Below are positions 12,764 to 20,973 of a DNA stretch of 64,000 nt, one piece after another. The first letter of the stretch is position 1. Every line of letters starts with the position of its first letter. The notes under the pieces are model-generated. The model did no database searches and was not told the origin of the DNA. It was given only the letters and a program-made list of their open reading frames with translations. Origin of the DNA: a virus (Duplodnaviria; Caudoviricetes); IMG/VR virus record IMGVR_UViG_3300011448_000001, positions 23,099-87,098 of that record; one strand, 5' to 3'. A program made the translations under genes and the position numbers.

Positions 12764-12835
12764 TACCCCCAGTACGATTCGAACGCACACTAAAGGGGTT
12801 AGAGCCCTCTGTGCTAACCATTACACCATGGGGGA
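12764..12835 (-). tRNA. Amber suppressor tRNA (anticodon CUA), presumed Gln
   Basis: Full cloverleaf: acceptor CCCCCA/TGGGGG, D-arm GTGT/GCAC, anticodon arm GAGGG-CTCTAAC-CCCTT (CTA at 12800-12802), T-arm GTGCG-TTCGAAT-CGTAC. CCA is not encoded. Confidence 0.92.
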
Positions 12836-12836
12836 G

Positions 12837-12889
12837 TATGTTGTGGAGGAGTCGAACCTCCTGTTTGATCAAAGACCGTCATACAACAT
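12837..12889 (-). ncRNA. Anticodon-less mini-tRNA-like element B
   Basis: Perfect 7-bp acceptor-like stem ATGTTGT/ACAACAT, 21-nt linker, T-arm GGAGG-TTCGACT-CCTCC; ends 1 nt before the suppressor tRNA. Confidence 0.65.
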
Positions 12890-12902
12890 TGAACTGTATT
12901 AA

Positions 12903-13250
12903 TTACTTCTTACGAGTAATCCAATTCCAAAATCTCTTATACCAAGGAAGCTTGATTTCTTTTTTCTCTGTCACACTATTGATCAGATCCTTAGCAGAGT
13001 TACTTAATTTATCAACAATTTCACAAAAATCATCAATTAACGTACTACATTCCTCAATTGCATATCCTGCAATCTCTGCACACATTGCTTCAAATTCATC
13101 CTGTGTCATAATACCAGGATCAATAAGATGTTTCTTAATCTTAGAAAATGCAAGAATTGTATATACGTCCTGAGGATTAGAAACCATACTTAAATCAATA
13201 GTATATGTTGACTTCTTATTTATTTTCTTTGTTGTATTTTTCTTATTCAT
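12903..13250 (-). CDS. Hypothetical protein
   Basis: Intact 115-aa ORF in the late operon; basic C-terminus KLPWYKRFWNWITRKK. Confidence 0.7.
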   Translation of the reverse strand: MNKKNTTKKINKKSTYTIDLSMVSNPQDVYTILAFSKIKKHLIDPGIMTQDEFEAMCAEIAGYAIEECSTLIDDFCEIVDKLSNSAKDLINSVTEKKEIKLPWYKRFWNWITRKK

Positions 13251-13274
13251 TTTTATATATTTTAAAAGATTATA

Positions 13275-13694
13275 TTAATTATCATAAGAAGGAGTTGCTA
13301 TTGAGGATTCGCAAGAATCCATACCAATACTGTTAGAAAATCCATCAAGAACAGCATCTTTTTGTTCATTACCACTATTAATATTAGCTTTTTTTGCTGC
13401 CTCAAGAGCACGTTTCTGTACTTCTTCATTATATGCTTCAAGATTCTCTTTCCATTCTGGACATGTTACAACAACGACATCGTGTGAAAATGCTTTTTCA
13501 TAGAATGTAATAACAAGATCTCCAGCTTTACATATATATTCGTGTTGATCATCACCCATTCCAGTAATTATTTTAGTGTCTGTATCAAGTAACAATATTG
13601 ATCTAATGGCTTCTCTCTGAGAAATCGTTGGAACCACTTTTCCGTTCTCATCAATATTTACACATCCACAATTATTAATGTATAATGTATTCAT
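13275..13694 (-). CDS. Hypothetical protein
   Basis: Intact 139-aa ORF, translationally coupled to the upstream gene. Confidence 0.7.
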   Translation of the reverse strand: MNTLYINNCGCVNIDENGKVVPTISQREAIRSILLLDTDTKIITGMGDDQHEYICKAGDLVITFYEKAFSHDVVVVTCPEWKENLEAYNEEVQKRALEAAKKANINSGNEQKDAVLDGFSNSIGMDSCESSIATPSYDN

Positions 13695-13903
13695 ACTTTA
13701 TATTTTAATCGTTTGTTTTCTTTATATCTTTTCTTTAATTTAAACTTAAATAATTTATTAATTAGTATATCATGAGTATCTGTTTCATCCTTCATTATGT
13801 CTTTTATGAATTTAAACTAATACTAACATATCTATTTTACTAATTCTCTATCTTCGTTTAAATCTTTACTTGTTTGTTTTACTAATTGTTCAAAATCTGT
13901 CAT
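13691..13903 (-). CDS. Small basic protein, possibly HU/IHF-like; 3 in-frame TAG
   Basis: MTDFEQLVKQTSKDLNEDRELVK-Q-IC-Q-Y-Q-FKFIKDIMK...KLFKFKLKKRYK; fills the gap exactly with ATGA overlaps. Confidence 0.6.
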
Positions 13904-14298
13904 TTAATTACAGCTACAATATCGTAAGGTACTACTAATTGAGAATCTTTCACAAGATCAAAATACTTACCTGCTCCGTTACGATAAACAATAGTATCAC
14001 CAATGTTTATTTCAAACGGTTTATAATCACCAACAACTGTTCTATATTCATATGGAACTTTAATAACAATACCTTTTCTAAAATCAGAATCTACTTCTTT
14101 AGTTTCTGTAACAACGTCTTTATAATCTTTGATTTCCATACCGTCCTCAACAGTATCGTTTGTATCTATAGGACGGGAAATTTCTTTATTTACTTTATCT
14201 AGCTCCAGCGGTTTTACCAGAAAAGCACGTATAAAATTATACTTAATATTCTCTGATACGCTTTCCGCGAGCTTAGTCTGATCTACTGTATTTTCCAT
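13900..14298 (-). CDS. GroES/Cpn10-like co-chaperonin
   Basis: FLVKPLE...KGIVIKVP...INIGDTIVY...SQLVVPYDIVAVI parallels the GroES strand pattern. Confidence 0.65.
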   Translation of the reverse strand: MENTVDQTKLAESVSENIKYNFIRAFLVKPLELDKVNKEISRPIDTNDTVEDGMEIKDYKDVVTETKEVDSDFRKGIVIKVPYEYRTVVGDYKPFEINIGDTIVYRNGAGKYFDLVKDSQLVVPYDIVAVIK

Positions 14299-14705
14299 TA
14301 TTTCTTTAATGCTTTAAGATGATTTAATACTTTAATAAGATTTGAAAGAACTGTTTCTTTCTCTACTTTCATACAAGCTGGCTGATTCTTCATTGTATTA
14401 GGAAGCTCTGCAAGTTCTGTATTGTATATTGAAAGAAGAGCATCGATCTCATCAAATACGTTTACAAAAGCTGTTGATTCTTTTTCATCAATCGGCTTAA
14501 CAAATCCATCTTTAATAAGATTATTTACAGCATCTACTGAAATCTTATATTCAGCACTATAAGCAGACCAAGAATCTATTTTGTTATCAGCATGTTTCTC
14601 AGATGCGTACTTAATTTCATATGCTGTATTATCTTCATTGAGTGTCATAATATCACCCTTTTCCATTACGAAAAATGGAACAATAACTTCTATTTTCTTT
14701 GCCAT
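14298..14705 (-). CDS. Hypothetical protein; first gene of the leftward late operon
   Basis: Intact 135-aa ORF. Confidence 0.75.
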   Translation of the reverse strand: MAKKIEVIVPFFVMEKGDIMTLNEDNTAYEIKYASEKHADNKIDSWSAYSAEYKISVDAVNNLIKDGFVKPIDEKESTAFVNVFDEIDALLSIYNTELAELPNTMKNQPACMKVEKETVLSNLIKVLNHLKALKK

Positions 14706-14732
14706 TTTTATAAAAAGTTTAAATGTTTCTGT

Positions 14733-14817
14733 AGACGTAACGTAAATTTTTATTTTTTGGTTGCAATTATAAAAAATTTTTTATTTTATGCAACTTTTTT
14801 GATTTTCTTACGTTACG
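14733..14817. promoter_or_regulatory. Divergent pair of ECF-type promoters (TGCAAC-N16/17-CGTTA)
   Basis: Plus strand: TGCAAC 14789-94, 16 nt, CGTTA 14811-15. Minus strand: TGCAAC 14765-60, 17 nt, CGTTA 14742-38. Both extend to TTACGTTACG. Confidence 0.65.
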
Positions 14818-14884
14818 CCATAAAGAGGAGGGGGATTATAGGGGGAGGAAATATGACAATCATTAATATTAATAATAACTAGTT

Positions 14885-15289
14885 ATGAATAATAAAGTAA
14901 TAGATATATATACTTAGCCTATATTTAAACCTACTAATTTAGTAGTGTGTAAGAATATAAGTATAGAAGAACTAAGAAAGAAGTATGTATATATGTCAGA
15001 AGACAGAGAATTAGAAGATAATTCTGAGTATCCTGCTATGGTATATAGAGTATATGATAAAAAGACAGAATTAGCTACTAATTTAGTAGTACTAAACACT
15101 AAACTAATAAAATCTGAGCAAACAGTAGATAAATTAGCAAATATAGAAATAGTTAGTCATGAAGCATATCATGTAGCATATAATATTTTAGAATATTGTA
15201 ATATACCATTAAATGAATATACAGATGAAGTAGTTGCATATTTAGTAGGATGGATTAGTAAATGTATATATAAAACCTGGAAGAAATGA
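14885..15289 (+). CDS. HExxH (zincin-like) putative metallopeptidase; TAG=Gln near the N-terminus
   Basis: ATG at 14885 is in frame with track ORF 14945 via TAG; SHEAYHVA...EVVAYLVGWI. Confidence 0.65.
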
Positions 15290-15894
15290 TATTAGGAACA
15301 CATAATAGTTTAAGTTACGCTAAACCCACTAAATGGTGGATGAAATTTATTAATTTTACATCTAAATGTCAAGAATTAACAATAGAAGAACAATGGGAAT
15401 GTGGAGTAAAATACTTTGATTTTAGATTATCTCCAAATAATTTAAATAAAGCTAGACACGGTCTTGTAGAATATGATGTAAACATAGATAAAGAACTTAC
15501 TTTTCTAAACAATATGGCTAAAGAATATGATGAAAAAATATATGTAGCTATAAATTTAGAAGGAAGTGAAGATACTGCGATAGCTAAATACTTGTTTGAA
15601 GATATAATCGCCGATTATACTAAAAAATATAAGTATTTGACTATATGTGGAGGATTTTGTAAGAATCCTTGGCATCAAATAGTAAAGATAGATAACCCAC
15701 AAAAAGTAGAATTATATTGGGAATTTCTTAATTGGACAAGTGATGCGTGTTCGTTTAAAGAAAAAGTTAAAATGCTGATTACTAACATATTACATTTTTC
15801 TCCTAAGTATTGGGCAAAGAAAAACAATAATAAATGGAAGTCTACAGAATTAGCAGATAACACAATATTAGTATTAGATTTTGTAAATTTATGA
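15286..15894 (+). CDS. PI-PLC X-domain-like phosphodiesterase
   Basis: ILGTHNSLSY...QELTIEEQWECGVKYFDFRL matches the PI-PLC catalytic N-terminal signature. Confidence 0.8.
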   Translation: MILGTHNSLSYAKPTKWWMKFINFTSKCQELTIEEQWECGVKYFDFRLSPNNLNKARHGLVEYDVNIDKELTFLNNMAKEYDEKIYVAINLEGSEDTAIAKYLFEDIIADYTKKYKYLTICGGFCKNPWHQIVKIDNPQKVELYWEFLNWTSDACSFKEKVKMLITNILHFSPKYWAKKNNNKWKSTELADNTILVLDFVNL

Positions 15895-16361
15895 TAAACA
15901 TTAATGATGGAGAGAAAAATCTAATTCTATATTATGCAGATTATATATCATTATAGCATGAAAATATACCTGTTACAGATTCTTGTAAGTACTTTTTTAT
16001 AAAAGGATCACCATATAATATAGAATATATAGTAACACACGACATAGAAGTAGATTTTGATAATAAATATGTGAGAGAAGCATATAATAATTTACGAATG
16101 TTAAGTAACTGTTTTACTAAAAATGCTGCTGCTAAATTCTTATCAGATTTATGTGAAATACAAGCATGTGGAGTAGTTGATGCGGAACGTATGATATAGT
16201 ATATATATCAATATGACAGAGATTTAAAGCATAAAGCATTTAAAAAATATAATAAATATATAAAATCTAAAAAATATACACATATAGTATCAGACGAAGA
16301 TGGAAATAAAATAGAAAAAGAATGTACAAAATATATAGCACACGCTGAAAAATTGCGTTAA
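15891..16361 (+). CDS. Hypothetical protein (156 aa), TAG=Gln
   Basis: ATGA overlap with the upstream gene; two in-frame TAGs; TAA at 16359. Confidence 0.7.
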
Positions 16362-16445
16362 AGATGAACGTTTCTTAAACTGCTTAAATAAATTAAAGAA
16401 AGCTTAGAAATTCATACTAAAAAATATTAAAGATTATACATTATT

Positions 16446-16676
16446 ATGACAGGTAAAGAAATATAGAACTTAGTTATACTTGAAATAGTATCTACTAATC
16501 CAGACTACCCACATGATCCTATAGTATCTGATGAATCTGCAAGAAATGAGATATTTAAACGATATAAAGAAGGATTGTCTTGGGAAGAAGTATTTGAACC
16601 AATACAAAACATAGAGCATAGAAACAGATATATAGATTTATTTAATAAAATAGATGAAGAAGGATTAACGTTATGA
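16446..16676 (+). CDS. Hypothetical protein, TAG=Gln
   Basis: MTGKEI-Q-NLVILEIV...; TGA overlaps the next ATG. Confidence 0.6.
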
Positions 16677-17332
16677 AAATAATAGAGAACAATATCATTC
16701 CTTTTAAAGGATTTGCAGCAATTAATTTATTTGGAGTACTATTTACTAGAAAAGGAGTAAAAATAAACGATACATTATTAAATCATGAGTCTATTCATAC
16801 AGCACAAATGAAAGAATTATTATATGTACCGTTCTACTTATTGTACGGTTTAGAATATGTTTATAAACTATTTAAGCATAAATTTAATACGAACAAAGCA
16901 TATCGCAATATATCGTTTGAGAAAGAAGCATACGATAATCAATATAATCCTATATACTTAAAGATACGTAAACATTATGCTCAATGGTGTAAAAACGATA
17001 TAAATATAAAGAAATAGGATTGGAATAATTATATAAAATATATTATTACTAGTAAACACGCAACATTAACTTTAGTAATAGATAAAGAAGATGAAAAATT
17101 TAAGTGTCCTTCTTATTTTTATAGTTTGTATGTTGACGATAATGAACGAAACAAAGGATATGCTGATGAAATATTAAACGTTGGAGAATTATTAGCACAA
17201 CAATATTCTAGTAAAGTATTTGTACAGATTGATGATAATATAAAATCATGGGCAATTGATTGGTATAAACGTAGAGGATATGTTGAAACAACAGTAGAAG
17301 ATAATAAAAACTGGTTAGTAAAAAAATTTTAA
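16673..17332 (+). CDS. HExxH peptidase-like domain joined through TAG (17015-17) to a GNAT-like acetyltransferase domain
   Basis: NHESIHTAQMKE in the first half. The frame stays open after the TAG into YSLYVDDNERNKGYADEIL...AIDWYKRRGY (GNAT motifs A/B). Confidence 0.65.
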
Positions 17333-17383
17333 TTTTTTTTTATTTTTTTTGTTATGTATACAGAAACACGAAATAGTATTAGT

Positions 17384-17431
17384 GAACCCCCGGGGTATAC
17401 TAGGCGAGGGAAGGTACCCCCGGCAAAGTTC
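17384..17431. other. GC-rich inverted repeat at the late/early junction
   Basis: CCGGGGTATAC (17390-400) / GTACCCCCGG (17414-23), just after a long T-tract in an AT-rich genome. Confidence 0.55.
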
Positions 17432-17914
17432 CTGAGTAAATATAAAAGTGAAAAATCAAACAGTGTGGCGTGACAATTAAAATCACACACTGCGTGTGTT
17501 ATGTTGGGGCAAGCATTTGCTTGCCTCTCTTTATGTTTGTACTTCTTCGTCAGTCCTCTAACACACGTAACTGTTATAATTGCTCGCAATAGTGCACAAA
17601 TCCTTAAATTTAAAAGTATGCTTACACAATTCCAAGTAATTAGTTTAGCTGCGCAGTATATCTGCGAATAAGTTTATTGACGCTTTTGAAGAATGGCTTT
17701 CCTTACCTGCTATAAGTAGCGGTGACATAGATTTTCCAGATGACGAAAGTGGTTGTTCTGATGATGTCAATATTCCTTGGTAAACAGAACGACAGACTTT
17801 GCCTGCCTTCTGATAATCAAGTCATGTAAGATTGTTCTTTTTAGGAAGTCCTCTAACATACATTACTATTCTGATAATTCGCAATATTGCAATAACCCTT
17901 TAATATTTACTAAA

Positions 17915-18106
17915 ATGACACAACCGTATTATTTCCTTAGCATGCGCACAAGTGGCGCGTTTGAAGTTAAATTAATTAGCTGTAAAACAATTACTGCTGA
18001 ACAAGCAAAACAGTGGTATGAGTATTACAGTAAAAGTGTAGCTGGTGATGTACGCATCGTAGTAGCTACTGAAATCGGAATGTCTCTTGGTTTATACAAA
18101 TTCTAA
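17915..18106 (+). CDS. Small early hypothetical protein
   Basis: ATG at 17915 lies downstream of the motif copy at 17848, so it is a more likely start than the track GTG at 17777. Confidence 0.55.
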   Translation: MTQPYYFLSMRTSGAFEVKLISCKTITAEQAKQWYEYYSKSVAGDVRIVVATEIGMSLGLYKF

Positions 18107-18166
18107 ATTTAGTACAGCCTTAATGGCTGTACTTTTAAATGTTTATTCACTTTAAAACATAAATAT

Positions 18167-18355
18167 ATGAAAAAATTACAATTTGCTTCATTCGCTGTAT
18201 TATTTATAGCACTTGCGTGTTTTGTTACAGCATCGTTATTCACAGGTATTATATTTGATGTTCTCATGTGGGCATGGAATATTCTCGGAATGTTAGGCAT
18301 GATTGGCATCCTTATCACTGCGCATCAAGAATATCGTGATATGCTTAAGCATTAA
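18167..18355 (+). CDS. Small membrane protein (2 TM)
   Basis: Two hydrophobic stretches; followed by hairpin GAGGGC-TTTT-GCCCTT. Confidence 0.6.
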   Translation: MKKLQFASFAVLFIALACFVTASLFTGIIFDVLMWAWNILGMLGMIGILITAHQEYRDMLKH

Positions 18356-18550
18356 GTGGAGAGGGCTTTTGCCCTTTCCTTTCTAACACACATTTTAAGC
18401 GTTCTAAACGCATAGAATAACAAGATCTTATAAGATATATACAATCTAGGATTGACTACAACAGAAGGCCTTAAAACAGCATTTACGCTGGTCCTCTAAC
18501 ACACTCTAACTCCTCGTACATAGCGCAATAGTGCAAAAATAACATAAATT

Positions 18551-18775
18551 ATGCTAAAAATGAAAGAAACAGTAGACAAAATTATTAATCTCATAAAAGA
18601 TAATAATTATGGGACTTGTGGCATCTTTGATACCGTTGTACCAAACGGAGATATAAAAGAAAGAGTCTTCAACGAAAACGGTGTTATGGTATATGTTTGT
18701 AAAGACTGGAAGTATATTGAAATCAAAGGATTGTCTGGTATAGATTTTAATAGAGTAAAAGACGAGACATTCTAA
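18551..18775 (+). CDS. Small early hypothetical protein
   Basis: Follows the motif copy at 18491. Confidence 0.6.
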   Translation: MLKMKETVDKIINLIKDNNYGTCGIFDTVVPNGDIKERVFNENGVMVYVCKDWKYIEIKGLSGIDFNRVKDETF

Positions 18776-18821
18776 CACCAGAGTAAACTTTAATTATTCT
18801 AAGGGTTTTTATATTGCACTA

Positions 18822-18853
18822 GAAGGGCTACGCAGAAATGCGTATGCTCTTTT
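18822..18853 (+). terminator. Intrinsic terminator
   Basis: GAAGGGC-TACGCA-GAAA-TGCGTA-TGCTCTT followed by a T-run. Confidence 0.6.
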
Positions 18854-19138
18854 TTAGTAATACTCAAAAGTCACAAAAGAATAATAGGGTCTAGACTTTT
18901 ATAGTCTATTTAGGCAAGTCCTCTAACACACGTTAACGACCTTTTAGGAAGTCCTCTAACATACCATAACTTCTCTTAACAATCGCAGACATAGCGAAGA
19001 GACTATGGTTGTGATTATAGTTGAGGAAGATAATTTCACATTATCATTTTTCCACAACTATTTTCGTTTTCTCTTCACGGCTACATATTAATATATAGCC
19101 AAACAAACAAAAATTATAAACCCCCAAAACAAAACAAC

Positions 19139-19870
19139 ATGGAACAGATTATCAATGCTGCAGCCCTTGGTACATACATCACCACAGGAGCCGCATTAGG
19201 CAAAGGCACTTACAAAGATGCCAACAATCAAGATGTAAATTATAAGTTTGTAAAACTAGACGTACGTGACCAACGAGCGCCAAACGCACAACACCGTGCA
19301 ATGATGCTCTTCTGCTCGTCTTCCGATGAGATTGAAACTCTCTATGAAATGCTCAAAGAGCATATCAAACACGACGAAACAGGAAACGTACTCAAGGACC
19401 GCAGCGGATGCGCACTGGTTGATTGGCGTGACATACGGCTAAATCACAAAGAGCTATACCAAGAGCTCGTAGATGAAGGCTGGACACGCTGGGAAGGTAT
19501 GCGCGTAGAAAATGTGCCTCTGCAGAAAGGAAACTGTTATCGCAACGACCGTCAAGGAAACATTATGAAGGACAAATACGGCAACCAAATTACCGCAAGC
19601 TCCATCAATATCCTAACTATGGTCAACTACATAGCCATGACAGAGAACGGACCAAAGACCTACTACATGGCTGGTTGGGACCCTGACTCTCAGCGCAATC
19701 AGATGGAGCAGAGATTCTACCGCAACCCCTGCGTACAGGAAACTGCAATTCACGACGAACTGCCACCTGCACAACCAGCAACATCAGCACAGATTCCACC
19801 AACCGCAGGAACCACAACACCGCCAATTCCAGCATCAGCGAACAAAGAAAACATTGACGATGAGTACTAA
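19139..19870 (+). CDS. Hypothetical protein (243 aa) with Pro/Thr linker and acidic tail
   Basis: Intact ORF; followed by an 11-bp hairpin AGGGCTTGTAC/GTACAAGCCCT (19876-19905). Confidence 0.8.
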   Translation: MEQIINAAALGTYITTGAALGKGTYKDANNQDVNYKFVKLDVRDQRAPNAQHRAMMLFCSSSDEIETLYEMLKEHIKHDETGNVLKDRSGCALVDWRDIRLNHKELYQELVDEGWTRWEGMRVENVPLQKGNCYRNDRQGNIMKDKYGNQITASSINILTMVNYIAMTENGPKTYYMAGWDPDSQRNQMEQRFYRNPCVQETAIHDELPPAQPATSAQIPPTAGTTTPPIPASANKENIDDEY

Positions 19871-19994
19871 AAGACAGGGCTTGTACGCAAAAATGTACAA
19901 GCCCTTACCGAAACGAAACGTCATTTAGGATAATTACCATCTAGACATCTATCCTAAACAAAACAATAGTTATCAAAACAAAAACATTATCAAA

Positions 19995-20522
19995 ATGCAG
20001 AAAAAATGGATTGAAGAGCAAATAACGTTCATGAAACCTAATGCTCAAGACATCGTCAAATTTGCTCCATTAATTGATGAACTTATCGACAAAGTTAATA
20101 TTAATAACACATATCGAAAAGCAGAAAAAAACGGAATAAATAAAGACGACGTAGAAATTGTGCGTACAAAAGAAGCAATATCACTACTTCAAGGTGAAAA
20201 TCATCATATAGATGAAAAATATATACTTGATACACTTATTGAACTCGGCTTCGTTGGTACTGGAATTATTGATTTACTTCCAGAAGGTTATCCTTATAAA
20301 AATGGCAAAATTGTCACAATAGAGATAACAGATGCAGGACAAATACAACTAAAGATACAAGTCATAAAAGTAATAAAATCGTTTATTAAAGATTCGTCTT
20401 TAAAAGAAATAAACGATTTGTTACAAAACATGCCTGCAAAAATAACAAACGTTAAAAAAGACGAAGCAGAAGATTTCATACGACATTTAAAAGACGCAGG
20501 AGCAGAAGCACATATCTGTTAA
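19995..20522 (+). CDS. Protein with C-terminal ribosomal bL12 (L7/L12) CTD-like domain
   Basis: KIQVIKVIKSF...SLKEINDLLQNMPAKITNVKKDEAEDFIRHLKDAGAEAHI parallels bL12 KIxVIKxVR..GLKEAKDLVE.AP..KE.VSKEEAE..K..LEEAGA.V. Confidence 0.75.
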   Translation: MQKKWIEEQITFMKPNAQDIVKFAPLIDELIDKVNINNTYRKAEKNGINKDDVEIVRTKEAISLLQGENHHIDEKYILDTLIELGFVGTGIIDLLPEGYPYKNGKIVTIEITDAGQIQLKIQVIKVIKSFIKDSSLKEINDLLQNMPAKITNVKKDEAEDFIRHLKDAGAEAHIC

Positions 20523-20541
20523 CGATTAAAAAATTAAACAA

Positions 20542-20973
20542 ATGGAAAATAGAGATTTCATAGTTGTAATAGACGAAACAGAAGAATTACAACACAGATA
20601 CGCAAGAAAAAGTCTAATGATTGTGTTAGACGAATATCTTCCACGCACAATAAAAGAAGAACAAAAAGAGATAATAAACAATCTTCCAATAAGAATACAA
20701 GGATTATCAAAAAACGAAACAAGAACCCTAATAAAAGGTTTACGTAAAATAAAAGTTTCAACATCAATATATAATCCGGAAACAAAAAGTTGGGAAACCG
20801 AAAACAATAATAATTTGTTTAACTATAACGAAAACGACAAACAACAAATATTAATAGACACGGTAAAAACACTTATTAAAATAATAAATCATATGCCAAC
20901 AAATATTGCAGACTATTCATCTAAAGAACAAGATGTACTTGATACTTTTTTAGAATGTACAAAACAAAATTAA
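20542..20973 (+). CDS. Protein with N-terminal divergent bL12-CTD/ClpS-like domain
   Basis: DFIVVID...KEIINNLPIRIQGLSKNETRTLIKGLRKI resembles the same fold pattern. Confidence 0.5.
   Translation: MENRDFIVVIDETEELQHRYARKSLMIVLDEYLPRTIKEEQKEIINNLPIRIQGLSKNETRTLIKGLRKIKVSTSIYNPETKSWETENNNNLFNYNENDKQQILIDTVKTLIKIINHMPTNIADYSSKEQDVLDTFLECTKQN

Larger units (their letters stand above)
17553..18963 (+). repeat. Dispersed GTCCTCTAACAYA motif (5 exact copies), putative early promoter
   Basis: Copies at 17553, 17848, 18491, 18918, 18951, plus a degenerate one at about 18377. Three are followed 33-34 nt later by GCAATA(G/T)TGCA. Confidence 0.75.

Noticed and set aside
14825-14848. G-quadruplex (GGAGGGGGATTATAGGGGGAGG)
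   Set aside because: Only two long G-tracts; a weak two-tier candidate with no supporting evidence.
14931-15090. Repeated palindrome CTACTAATTTAGTAG as an operator
   Set aside because: Both copies are in frame within one recoded gene (xTNLVV), so a coding repeat is sufficient explanation.
17553-18963. CRISPR array
   Set aside because: The repeat is only 13 nt and spacing is irregular (33-640 nt), with genes in between.
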